Notes: generated by a model from the letters alone, not told the origin. A stretch of 39,862 bases of DNA from Lachnospiraceae bacterium (GCA_017624175.1 JAGANP010000327.1:1-39862); one strand, 5' to 3'; shown: positions 32,121 through 39,753, counted from the stretch's first letter. A program made the numbers and translations.

Positions 32121-32509
32121 TCGGCATGTCCTCCGTTGCACCCTCTCCAGGTGTCTACTATCTGTCTCGGCGTATATTCTATCCCGCCGGGCATGGTGAC
32201 ACTGACAGCGCCGATCGCCTGCATTGATCTTAAGAGGTCATTGGCCTGATCCTTGGATATTGCTCGCCACATTCTTCTTGTGGCCTCTCTCGTCAGGATG
32301 ATCCGGCAATCTTCGATGGCCCGCTCTTCGTCGATTTGTTCGTCGTCACGCAGCCCAAGTTCCTCATTCACTTTATTCCGGGCTGCAATGTTGTTTACAC
32401 AATGCTGGGCAACCGCATAGTATTCGTCGTTAGTTAGCTTAGATACTATAAATTCCCATCTTTCTGGGTTTTGGATAACTATTTGCCCTATTAACTCTTT
32501 TGCAGTCAT
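32117..32509 (-). CDS. Hypothetical protein, first gene of the moron cassette
   Basis: GGAGG RBS before ATG 32509; 130 aa. Confidence 0.7.
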   Translation of the reverse strand: MTAKELIGQIVIQNPERWEFIVSKLTNDEYYAVAQHCVNNIAARNKVNEELGLRDDEQIDEERAIEDCRIILTREATRRMWRAISKDQANDLLRSMQAIGAVSVTMPGGIEYTPRQIVDTWRGCNGGHAE

Positions 32510-32543
32510 TTCTGTTACCTCCGTTGTTTTATTTGTTAGAATT

Positions 32544-32572
32544 AGTATAACACGCAATGCGTGGTATGTCAA
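32544..32572 (-). promoter_or_regulatory. Sigma-A promoter with palindromic operator in its spacer
   Basis: TTGACA-17 bp-TATACT; CACGCA-N-TGCGTG at 32551-32563. Confidence 0.88.
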
Positions 32573-32611
32573 CAAGAAAAACTTATTTTATTTGGAGAAT
32601 TATGATACAAC

Positions 32612-32637
32612 AAAAGAGAGCACCGAAGTGCCCCCTT
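32612..32637 (-). terminator. Terminator after Gp15
   Basis: GGGGGCAC-TTCG-GTGCTCTC-TTTT. Confidence 0.8.
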
Positions 32638-32651
32638 AATCGTTAATATCC

Positions 32652-33251
32652 TTATCCAATCACATCATCCAACAGTGCCTGGAATGCATCTTCCTGCTCC
32701 TGTTCTTCCTTGCTCAATTTCTTCCTGATCAGCACCAGATCCTTGTGCTTATTCAGGAACTCCCGCTCATGTTTTTCCAGCTTCTTTCCTTTATTCAGTT
32801 TATTGCGGATCCCCACCACATAGGAAAATGTACCTTCCCCCACCTCATTAAAGTATCCCAGGAACGTCCACCAGTGCAGATACTCCACTTCCCGGACTTC
32901 TTTTTTTGCCACATTATTGACGGCGGAGAAAATCATCTGCTCATCCTGCAGCCAATCGTATGTAGGAAGCTCTCTTTTATCCTCTCCTCTATCCTGTTTT
33001 CCGGCCGAAATAAACCAGAGAATCTGCTTTACCGCTTCGTTTACATCAAAACCGTTCTGGATTGCCTTTTCCACATCTTCTGCGCCGGAGAAATCCGCAA
33101 AAATCAAATAGATTGCCACAATCCACTTCTCGGACATCTCCAGTTCCGGATCATCGAATGCCATAAAAGCCTGCAGAACATTGCGGTAATCAGCCCGGAT
33201 GGGATAATCGTGTTCGCCTACGGTAAGGCTTTCCGGAAGTGATCCGATCAT
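32652..33251 (-). CDS. Bacteriophage Gp15-family protein (tail assembly)
   Basis: YPIRADYR, DWLQDEQMI, LHWWTFLGYF, VVGIR. Confidence 0.85.
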   Translation of the reverse strand: MIGSLPESLTVGEHDYPIRADYRNVLQAFMAFDDPELEMSEKWIVAIYLIFADFSGAEDVEKAIQNGFDVNEAVKQILWFISAGKQDRGEDKRELPTYDWLQDEQMIFSAVNNVAKKEVREVEYLHWWTFLGYFNEVGEGTFSYVVGIRNKLNKGKKLEKHEREFLNKHKDLVLIRKKLSKEEQEQEDAFQALLDDVIG

Positions 33252-33757
33252 TACTTACCACCCGGCCTTTTATGATCCTGCGGCTGATACTTTGCCATAC
33301 GCTCCTTGCTTTTCTTTCTCCGCTCTTCCATCTTGCGGTTAAAGATCTTTTCCATCTCCGGGGTGATCTGCTCAAAGAAATCAATAAAGCATTCTGCGCC
33401 CGGCAGGAATGAGGGAATCTCCTCATAAACATTGCGGAAATACTTCCCGATGGTCCCCTCTCCGAAAATGCTATCTACAATCAGCACGGCCTCTTCCGAA
33501 AACCTGACATTGACCTTTGACATTGCCATAGTCTTTTCCATAACCGCAGCAAAGTCAGTCTGATCAGCGTATTTCTTCTCAATCTCCTCCAACTTCTTGG
33601 GAATTTCCTCCCCCAGATCTGCGATCCTCTTATATCCGGCCACGAAGCGGTTAAACAGTGTAGAGTCATCCGGGGAAATAGCGGTATAATCACCCTTGTC
33701 GTTCAGCTCTACCTTAATCAGTTTTGCATCATTTTTCTGTAATTTAATCTTTTCCAT
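33251..33757 (-). CDS. Probable tail assembly chaperone
   Basis: Between tail tube and Gp15; VDSIFGEGT; GAAAGGA RBS before ATG 33757. Confidence 0.7.
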   Translation of the reverse strand: MEKIKLQKNDAKLIKVELNDKGDYTAISPDDSTLFNRFVAGYKRIADLGEEIPKKLEEIEKKYADQTDFAAVMEKTMAMSKVNVRFSEEAVLIVDSIFGEGTIGKYFRNVYEEIPSFLPGAECFIDFFEQITPEMEKIFNRKMEERRKKSKERMAKYQPQDHKRPGGK

Positions 33758-33777
33758 ACTTAATATCCTTTCACTAA

Positions 33778-33807
33778 TGGGGCAGCCGTGAAAGGTAAGC
33801 TGCCCCA
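33778..33807 (-). terminator. Hairpin after the tail tube gene
   Basis: TGGGGCAGC-N12-GCTGCCCCA. Confidence 0.55.
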
Positions 33808-33831
33808 TATATTAAGATTTTACTTAATACC

Positions 33832-34350
33832 TTAGTCTCCGGTCTGGCCAGATGACTGTGTTCCTGCCGTGAACGTGGGCACCTTATTGGTAACGGATAC
33901 GGTGCCCTGTGTCCTGGAACCATCCTCATAAATGGTAAACGGGATCCCATAGCCGGAAGTGGATCCGCCGTCATTGTCCACAACCACCTTGACGGGAACC
34001 TGAAAGCCTGTACCGCTCAGTGTGGTTGCCGCAGAATTTTTCACCTCATCTGTAAGCATTGCCACAAGCAATGTAGCAGAAGTGCTCTCGTCATCTGTTG
34101 CCAGAGTATCTACGATATGCTGCAGACTCTCATAAATGGAATCCTCGGTTCTTGCGATGTAACTATCATTGCTAAGTGACGGAGAATATCCATTGTGCGT
34201 GAAAGTGGTCTCCCCCTGCACGTTCTTGGTCTGCTCGGTGTCAGGATTCAGGTCGATTGACAGATCATCCGTATCTTTGCCCAGGCATGTCCAATTTTCC
34301 CCATCAAAAGACAGCCAGAAAGCCCTGCAGCCTCTTAAAATTTTTGACAT
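33832..34350 (-). CDS. Major tail (tube) protein
   Basis: LGKDTDDLSIDLNPDTEQTKNVQGE, GGSTSG..IPFTI; strong RBS. Confidence 0.85.
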   Translation of the reverse strand: MSKILRGCRAFWLSFDGENWTCLGKDTDDLSIDLNPDTEQTKNVQGETTFTHNGYSPSLSNDSYIARTEDSIYESLQHIVDTLATDDESTSATLLVAMLTDEVKNSAATTLSGTGFQVPVKVVVDNDGGSTSGYGIPFTIYEDGSRTQGTVSVTNKVPTFTAGTQSSGQTGD

Positions 34351-34420
34351 AAAATTACCTCCTACCTATAATTTTTTGAGTGTTTAGGTCAGCGACACGC
34401 TCCTTATTGCGTGCCGGTGT
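34351..34420 (-). promoter_or_regulatory. Leader RNA motif copy before the tail tube gene
   Basis: CACCG-GCACGC-loop-GCGTGT-CGCTGACCTA...TAGGT-AGGAGG. Confidence 0.6.
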
Positions 34421-34425
34421 TGCCG

Positions 34426-34875
34426 TTACTCTGCTTCGTACTCCATAACTGCGTCAGCGGCAAAGGTAATGCTTTTATCCTCGCCGGAAACATCTTTATA
34501 AGCCACGCTGTTGGATGCGGTTATTTTGGTGATCACCCTGTTGCCGGATAGGGCCGGAAGTTCGTTGACCTTTTCCAGCCACTCCATAATCTGATCCACA
34601 ACCGATTGACTGTTGATACGGTCTCCGTTACCGGCCGGAAAACTCTTATATGCCACCTGGAACTTTACCTGAGCCGTAAAGCCGCCCAGGACATTCTTCT
34701 TGAGATATTTTGCCCCAGGAAGAGTGTATACACCGATAGATTCGGCCGTCCCGATGTTCTGATATTGCGGTGTAATCCCCTCCGGTATATAAGGGCACTC
34801 CGCAATCAGATTCAGCAGCATTTCCCCTATGGTGTTGTATTCCGTTATGCTTAAAAGTTCTACTGTCTCACTCAT
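34426..34875 (-). CDS. Probable tail terminator / minor structural protein
   Basis: 149 aa immediately before the tail tube gene. Confidence 0.6.
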   Translation of the reverse strand: MSETVELLSITEYNTIGEMLLNLIAECPYIPEGITPQYQNIGTAESIGVYTLPGAKYLKKNVLGGFTAQVKFQVAYKSFPAGNGDRINSQSVVDQIMEWLEKVNELPALSGNRVITKITASNSVAYKDVSGEDKSITFAADAVMEYEAE

Positions 34876-35324
34876 GCGCCGCTCACCTCGAACCTCGGAA
34901 TCAGGTTATAAACATCAGCTGTTTTCAGCGTGTAAGTATAGCCATACTTATTGCGGATAAACTGGTAAAAGCCTCCTTTATAGTCGGCACTGTTTACCAG
35001 CCCCGCAGGCAGATCAATGTTTATTCCCAGTTCCCCTTTCTTCACGATCACAAAGAAATTGCTGCTTTCCGGGTCTAATGTGAAATATTCCAGCTTTTCC
35101 TCATCCGTTAAGGCAATCCATTCCTGCGGGGCCTTGTAAGGCCTAGGAAGAGTACCATTGTTTGGTATCTTCACAAGGCAGGAATCTGCATTTTCCATGC
35201 CACTCTCACGGATATTTGCGCCCTTGGTCAATTCCACCCGAACGTTATCAAACCGGGTTCCGACATAGTATTCCGTTTCCATTAGGCCATTGGCATATCG
35301 GTTATAGACTACCACACTGTCCAC
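34872..35324 (-). CDS. Probable head-closure protein
   Basis: VVVYNRY start, IPRFEVSGA end; head-tail module position; GTG start uncertain. Confidence 0.6.
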   Translation of the reverse strand: MDSVVVYNRYANGLMETEYYVGTRFDNVRVELTKGANIRESGMENADSCLVKIPNNGTLPRPYKAPQEWIALTDEEKLEYFTLDPESSNFFVIVKKGELGINIDLPAGLVNSADYKGGFYQFIRNKYGYTYTLKTADVYNLIPRFEVSGA

Positions 35325-35329
35325 ATATC

Positions 35330-35974
35330 CTATCCCATAACACTCACCCTCTTTCTCTCCGCAAAACGATCGCTGAACGGGGGGATATGTACAATATTTC
35401 CCTCACATTCCTCCGGCACTTTTCCGTAAAAGAGGATTGTCTCCGGCCGCAAGCGTTCCAGCATTGCATTGTACCCTGCCAGAAACAACGTTTTCTTTTC
35501 CTTGCTGTTCGCTGCACCCACGGAAGATACCGCAACACAACCGTGTGTAGCTTCTCCATCAAAGCACCAATCGAAGCTATCCGGTGTGCTCCAGGAGATT
35601 GTCGGTATAACCTTGATCCCCGCTTCCTGCAGATATGCACCTACCCAATGCTTGCGGTAGTGGTTATAGATCTGAATGGCCCTCGGAAAATCCGTGTACG
35701 TTGAGAAATCCGGTGTCATAACATATTGAAACTGCGAGAGCATATCCACATAGCAGTCTATGTTCGTCCACAGGCGATTAAACTGGTAATCGTCTATGAA
35801 AAAATGAACACCTTTATTTTCTCTGTCCTTGCAGGATTTTGCATAATTGAACGGGATAAACTCACAATTCCCCTCGTAAGTTGCAGGATAAATCTGAGGT
35901 ATTCCGAAATTGCCAGCACCATCAAATATGCGTTTTTGGAGATTCTCATACTGTTTTGCTTGCCTGTAAATCAT
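35330..35974 (-). CDS. DUF4417-domain protein
   Basis: GVHFFIDDYQFNRLW, TPDFSTYTDFP...YNHYR, VIPTISW, FDWCFDG, AVSSVG. Confidence 0.85.
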   Translation of the reverse strand: MIYRQAKQYENLQKRIFDGAGNFGIPQIYPATYEGNCEFIPFNYAKSCKDRENKGVHFFIDDYQFNRLWTNIDCYVDMLSQFQYVMTPDFSTYTDFPRAIQIYNHYRKHWVGAYLQEAGIKVIPTISWSTPDSFDWCFDGEATHGCVAVSSVGAANSKEKKTLFLAGYNAMLERLRPETILFYGKVPEECEGNIVHIPPFSDRFAERKRVSVMG

Positions 35975-36414
35975 CTAAAAGATATACTCCTTTGCTTCGT
36001 TAATGTTTTCCACTGTTCAAGCATTTCCTCGTAATTTGATGCTGCATTTTTAAGGCTTTTGCTCTTTTTCTCAGCCAATGTGCGAACAGCAGTTACATCC
36101 CCATGGTGATATGATACCACCTCGATCGTCTGTTTGATTGCCTTATCAGGTATCGTAATCTGCGTTGGTTCCCATTGATTATAAAACCGGACGGACACCC
36201 TGTCATCGCCATTTTCCAGAACTGCCTCTTGAAGTTGCAAAGCGTTTCCATTGTGGGTAAAAATTGGTTGCTTTACCTCTAAATGAGCATCCATTAGTAC
36301 TTTCAGCATCCCTTCCTGATTATTTCTTTTTAAATTATCAAGAAAATGCTGAATACTCATTCTATGCCCTGTTGGCTCAGCTATCAAACCACTGCTTCCA
36401 CCTCTACCTCCCAT
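35971..36414 (-). CDS. Hypothetical protein beginning MGGRGGSSG
   Basis: GAAAGGCGG RBS before ATG 36414; overlaps the connector stop and the DUF4417 start. Confidence 0.75.
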   Translation of the reverse strand: MGGRGGSSGLIAEPTGHRMSIQHFLDNLKRNNQEGMLKVLMDAHLEVKQPIFTHNGNALQLQEAVLENGDDRVSVRFYNQWEPTQITIPDKAIKQTIEVVSYHHGDVTAVRTLAEKKSKSLKNAASNYEEMLEQWKTLTKQRSISFR

Positions 36415-36919
36415 TTCGCAACACCGCCTTTCTTGGATATGGAATACCGGCATACAACAAATTTACTCCGTTTGCATCCGGCACCCCAGACAGATATTCT
36501 TTCACCGTATTAGAGTACAGTTTATCCTGCGCCGCTTTGTCGGAAAGCACCGCATCAATGAGAGTACTGCCGCTCTCTGCTTTTGCGGTGTAGGATATGG
36601 ATTCGCTGCCAGAGGAAACGCTTGCAACGGCTTTCCCCCTGACAGATCCAGTGGCCTCGTCTACGACATAACCCTGCCCGGCGGTGATTCTCTTGTTTGC
36701 TGCTTCAATGGCCGAAGCGATCTCAACCAGCTTGCACACACACCGCTTAACCGCTTCTGCATCACCCTCATCAATGGGAAATGCAAATTTCAGCTTCCCG
36801 AATGTGATATTATCCACTCGCTTACATGCCTCCCAGGACAGACGGTTAAAATCGGATTCCGGGATGGCATCCTCGCCGTATAAAGCTTTATAAAATTCAT
36901 AGTCAACGTAAGATGCCAT
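36404..36919 (-). CDS. Head-tail connector (adaptor) protein
   Basis: YVDYEFY, VKRCVC, SVSSGSESISY, NLLYAG. Confidence 0.8.
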   Translation of the reverse strand: MASYVDYEFYKALYGEDAIPESDFNRLSWEACKRVDNITFGKLKFAFPIDEGDAEAVKRCVCKLVEIASAIEAANKRITAGQGYVVDEATGSVRGKAVASVSSGSESISYTAKAESGSTLIDAVLSDKAAQDKLYSNTVKEYLSGVPDANGVNLLYAGIPYPRKAVLRNGR

Positions 36920-36933
36920 TCCCCTGCCTCCTC

Positions 36934-37083
36934 TTACTCTTTTTTCCGTCTCTTGCCTGTTGTTACCGACTTATCGGCATTAACCGTGGCGGCTTCATCT
37001 TTATGCCCCTGTTTCTTCCACTGCTCTGTTACAAGTGGATTGGAACTCTCAAGGATCGTGCCTCCTGATGTCTTGATCTTCAT
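36934..37083 (-). CDS. Small capsid-adjacent protein (49 aa), not in the ORF track
   Basis: AGGTGA RBS; MKIKTSGGTILESSNPLVTEQWKKQG...KRRKKE fills the gap after the capsid gene. Confidence 0.7.
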   Translation of the reverse strand: MKIKTSGGTILESSNPLVTEQWKKQGHKDEAATVNADKSVTTGKRRKKE

Positions 37084-37110
37084 TTATTCACCTACTTCTC
37101 CTGTGCCGGT

Positions 37111-37962
37111 CTAAGAGTTGGATGCTGCCGCACTCTCCTTGTAAAAGATAAGATCCGGCATAACGGCCTTTGTGCCGCAATGATAGAACAGCTCTACGCC
37201 ATAGGCATTAGAAAGCGGAATCTTCTCTGCGGTATACTGGTCAGACATTACAGGCTGTGCGATTGCACCGTCCACCATAATCTCATAATCCACACCATCC
37301 GGCAGATGAACGCTGGAAAAAGTCTTAACACCGTGATACTCATAAAACTCTTCGGAGGATGAATCAACATTTGCCCTGGATACCTTATCCAGATAAGTAC
37401 GAATTTTGCCGTAGTATGCCGTAGAGCATACCAGATTGATCATACTGCGGGGTACACCGTCAACAAAATCGTTCTTAGTGTTCTCGCAAACCTGAATGGC
37501 CTCCTCGATCTCATCAGGAACATCTGTAGAAACCGGGGTGATCTTAGTTCCTGCCTTTTTTGCTTCGGCGAAAAAGGCGGTGTCCAGCTCTGCTGCCATT
37601 CTCTGTACATGATTATTGGCCCTTTTAGCCAGGATACCGTCAACGCCATACAGGGAGACGTCTTTCTGCTCCAGTTCTTCTACGATTTCCTTATCCTGAT
37701 CAATAGGGATGGTAACGGGCTTTGCCTTTACTGCATCTCCCTTTCCTGCGGCTCTTGCGGTGCCATAGTCCTTGCTTGCGGCATTTACAAATCTCTTCGC
37801 CTCCACGCTACCGGCTTCAGGATTGCCGGACAGATCTGTGTTCTTCATTCTGGCAGACACCAGCTGCTTGTTTACATTCTCGATCACCTTGCCATACAAT
37901 TCAGCAAGGTACTCCTTACCGGTAGATTCCAGTAAGATGTTAAGTGACTCAATTCTTGCCAT
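37111..37962 (-). CDS. Major capsid protein
   Basis: 283 aa after the scaffold; KNTDLSGNPEAGSVEAKRF, GTKAVMPDLIF. Confidence 0.85.
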   Translation of the reverse strand: MARIESLNILLESTGKEYLAELYGKVIENVNKQLVSARMKNTDLSGNPEAGSVEAKRFVNAASKDYGTARAAGKGDAVKAKPVTIPIDQDKEIVEELEQKDVSLYGVDGILAKRANNHVQRMAAELDTAFFAEAKKAGTKITPVSTDVPDEIEEAIQVCENTKNDFVDGVPRSMINLVCSTAYYGKIRTYLDKVSRANVDSSSEEFYEYHGVKTFSSVHLPDGVDYEIMVDGAIAQPVMSDQYTAEKIPLSNAYGVELFYHCGTKAVMPDLIFYKESAAASNS

Positions 37963-38022
37963 ATTTCTTCCTTTCTACCCATAGTTTTTAGGGTTAGGGG
38001 CATTGAATCAACAACGCCCGTG
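37963..38022 (-). promoter_or_regulatory. Leader RNA motif copy before the major capsid gene
   Basis: CACG-GGCGTTG-loop-CAATGCC-CCTAACCCTA...TGGGT-AGAAAGGA. Confidence 0.55.
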
Positions 38023-38028
38023 ATTGAT

Positions 38029-38637
38029 TTACCAGATCTTAGGAACCGGTTTAGGCTCGCCTTTCTGTTCCGTCTTGGGCTCCGCCTTATCCGTAAACTT
38101 AGGAGCCACGCCTGCCGCCGTAGATTTCTTCTCTTCTTCTGCCTTTTCTTCCGCCGTCTGGTAGAAATGATCTTTTTCATTTTCTTTGGCCAGATAATCA
38201 GATAAACCCAGAAAAGATCCATCTTTCCACTTAAGGCCATCCTCACCCATGATATCCGCCATGAGGGACTTTCGGGTGCGTTCGGACTTGATCCCCAGCT
38301 TGTCAAACTCGGCATTCAGGAAATCTTTCTGATCCCGGGCTGTGATCTGCTGCTGCGCCTTTGCTTCCACATCTGCAATCTGCCGCTTGTAGCCCTCGAT
38401 TTCCTCCGAAATCTTTCCCGGATCAATGCCCTTGAACTTCTCCAGAGTGGAATTGGCTGTCTGCAGCTGCTCCTTGTAAGAATCCCGATCCGCTTCTGCA
38501 GTTTCGGTCTTCTTGACCTGCTTGTTGTAGTCCGCAACCGGCTTATAATTCTCTGCTACTGCGCCATTAATGGCCTGCAACTGCTCCGCTGTGACCTCGA
38601 TTCCTGCATCCTTTAAGATCTGCTCAATGTTTTTCAT
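38029..38637 (-). CDS. Capsid scaffolding protein (GP20-like)
   Basis: Coiled-coil Q/E/K-rich, ENYKPVADY, ends PKIW; upstream of the capsid gene. Confidence 0.8.
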   Translation of the reverse strand: MKNIEQILKDAGIEVTAEQLQAINGAVAENYKPVADYNKQVKKTETAEADRDSYKEQLQTANSTLEKFKGIDPGKISEEIEGYKRQIADVEAKAQQQITARDQKDFLNAEFDKLGIKSERTRKSLMADIMGEDGLKWKDGSFLGLSDYLAKENEKDHFYQTAEEKAEEEKKSTAAGVAPKFTDKAEPKTEQKGEPKPVPKIW

Positions 38638-38714
38638 GTGCTGTGTCCTCCTTACATGTTTTTATACCGGGCTGTCCCCGGTGTGTGAGTAAGCGTGTAT
38701 ACTGCGCCCAGTAA

Positions 38715-38783
38715 TGCATCCGTGCGGAATCGAACCGCCATAACCCGCCAGGGGAATTCCCTGTTTCCATTGCGGACGGATGC
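38715..38783 (-). ncRNA. tRNA-like element (acceptor stem and T-arm intact, D/anticodon region aberrant)
   Basis: GCATCCGT/ACGGATGC stem and GCGG-TTCGATT-CCGC. Confidence 0.6.
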
Positions 38784-38825
38784 GCCTTTTGAAAGGAGAT
38801 ATATAAATGGTATAGTCAGTAAGCA

Positions 38826-38890
38826 AATAAAAAAGGCCAGAAAGCCGCATCTCTGCAACTTATCTGGCTCTGCGTTTCACGTCTGGCTCA
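38826..38890 (-). terminator. Terminator with tandem GAGCCAGA motif
   Basis: GAGCCAGA-CGTGAAACGCA-GAGCCAGATAAGTTGCA-GAGA-TGCGGCTTTCTGGCC-TTTTTT. Confidence 0.75.
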
Positions 38891-39061
38891 AACTGTATTC
38901 ATTTGTTCACTCTTCTGGGCCCTACCGCCTTTAATATCCATCACCGTTTCGCATTTACACACCCGGCACAACACCGGGAGGTTTCTTGCTTCTGTGTCCG
39001 GCCGGATCTTCGTCCGGGTCTTGTGGCGGCATATTGGGCAAAGGATAAATTTTTCTTCCAT
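38888..39061 (-). CDS. Cys-rich KTR zinc-finger protein (57 aa), not in the ORF track
   Basis: GAGGT RBS; MEEKFILCPICRHKTRTKIRPDTEARNLPVLCRVCKCETVMDIK... Confidence 0.85.
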   Translation of the reverse strand: MEEKFILCPICRHKTRTKIRPDTEARNLPVLCRVCKCETVMDIKGGRAQKSEQMNTV

Positions 39062-39068
39062 AGTAACC

Positions 39069-39413
39069 TCACAATAGACCTAATTCCGCAAATAAATGGA
39101 ACATTTTGGGGGATTGAATTGCAAACCAATCCGTAATCTCTTCTGATTGTCCCCAAGCCTCTACGTTACCGCTGTTATTCCAAAGGCCGGACTCATACAA
39201 AAAGCCGTGGGTGATTTCATGTCGAAGTACCTTTTTTGTGTATGATTCCAGATCTTCAACCGTTCTTTCATCTTCTTCAAAGATTCCGATTACAATTTTT
39301 TTAACCGTACAATCAATATATCCATCTGCTGTCTTTAACTTGGGATCTATATTTTCTCTTCTGAATAAGATCTGATACTCAGTCCCCAGAATGTTCGCTT
39401 TGCAATCCTGCAT
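39069..39413 (-). CDS. Phage protein with HExxH metallopeptidase-like motif
   Basis: VLRHEITHGFLYESGL...EEITDWFAIQSPK; AAGGAG RBS. Confidence 0.75.
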   Translation of the reverse strand: MQDCKANILGTEYQILFRRENIDPKLKTADGYIDCTVKKIVIGIFEEDERTVEDLESYTKKVLRHEITHGFLYESGLWNNSGNVEAWGQSEEITDWFAIQSPKMFHLFAELGLL

Positions 39414-39430
39414 TGGTCTTCTCCTTTAAG

Positions 39431-39504
39431 TTGCGGCGGTAGGATTCGAACCCACGTCCTCCAGGGCATGAGCCTGGTGAGCTGCCGAACTGCTCTACGC
39501 CGCA
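39431..39504 (-). tRNA. tRNA with CAT anticodon (Met), no encoded CCA
   Basis: TGCGGCG/CGCCGCA acceptor, GAGC/GCTC D-arm, CCAGG-CTCATGC-CCTGG, GTGGG-TTCGAAT-CCTAC. Confidence 0.9.
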
Positions 39505-39522
39505 TTATCCGTTTCTTTTTTT

Positions 39523-39600
39523 ATTGTACATCATATTTGCAGATAATTTGTACCATCTTTTAAGTCAAAAAAAGAACGCCCTATGCAGAGCATTCCTTTT
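39523..39600 (-). promoter_or_regulatory. Terminator plus putative phage late promoter, copy 2
   Basis: GAATGCTCTGCATAGGGCGTTC-T7 then ATGGTACAAA-N16-TG-TACAAT. Confidence 0.7.
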
Positions 39601-39614
39601 AGAATTTTTTACGT

Positions 39615-39718
39615 TAAACAAGAAGATATTTGGTGGGTGTGCCCTTTCCCACATTTCTTTTGACCCAAAGGGTGCGTAGCAGCACAGTCTCTACTTCAAA
39701 TATCTTCCTGTTTATTGT
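39615..39718 (-). ncRNA. Structured ncRNA (four-way junction with loop-loop pseudoknot), candidate RNA antitoxin
   Basis: 18-bp closing stem, three internal hairpins, own promoter and terminator, no RBS-led ORF. Confidence 0.7.
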
Positions 39719-39724
39719 ATGTAT

Positions 39725-39753
39725 ATTATACAACGCCTATTCTTTTTTGTAAA
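39725..39753 (-). promoter_or_regulatory. Sigma-A promoter overlapping the 3' end of the upstream gene
   Basis: TTTACA-17 bp-TATAAT; the -35 lies in the Leu-Tyr-Lys codons. Confidence 0.8.

Noticed and set aside
33190-33432. Programmed frameshift joining the tail chaperone and Gp15
   Set aside because: Genes are coupled by a TAATG overlap; no convincing slippery heptamer seen
35324-35345. Missing G that would give an MGIGYVDS start for the closure gene
   Set aside because: Adding a G would fuse it to DUF4417; a GTG start is available; cannot be resolved without reads
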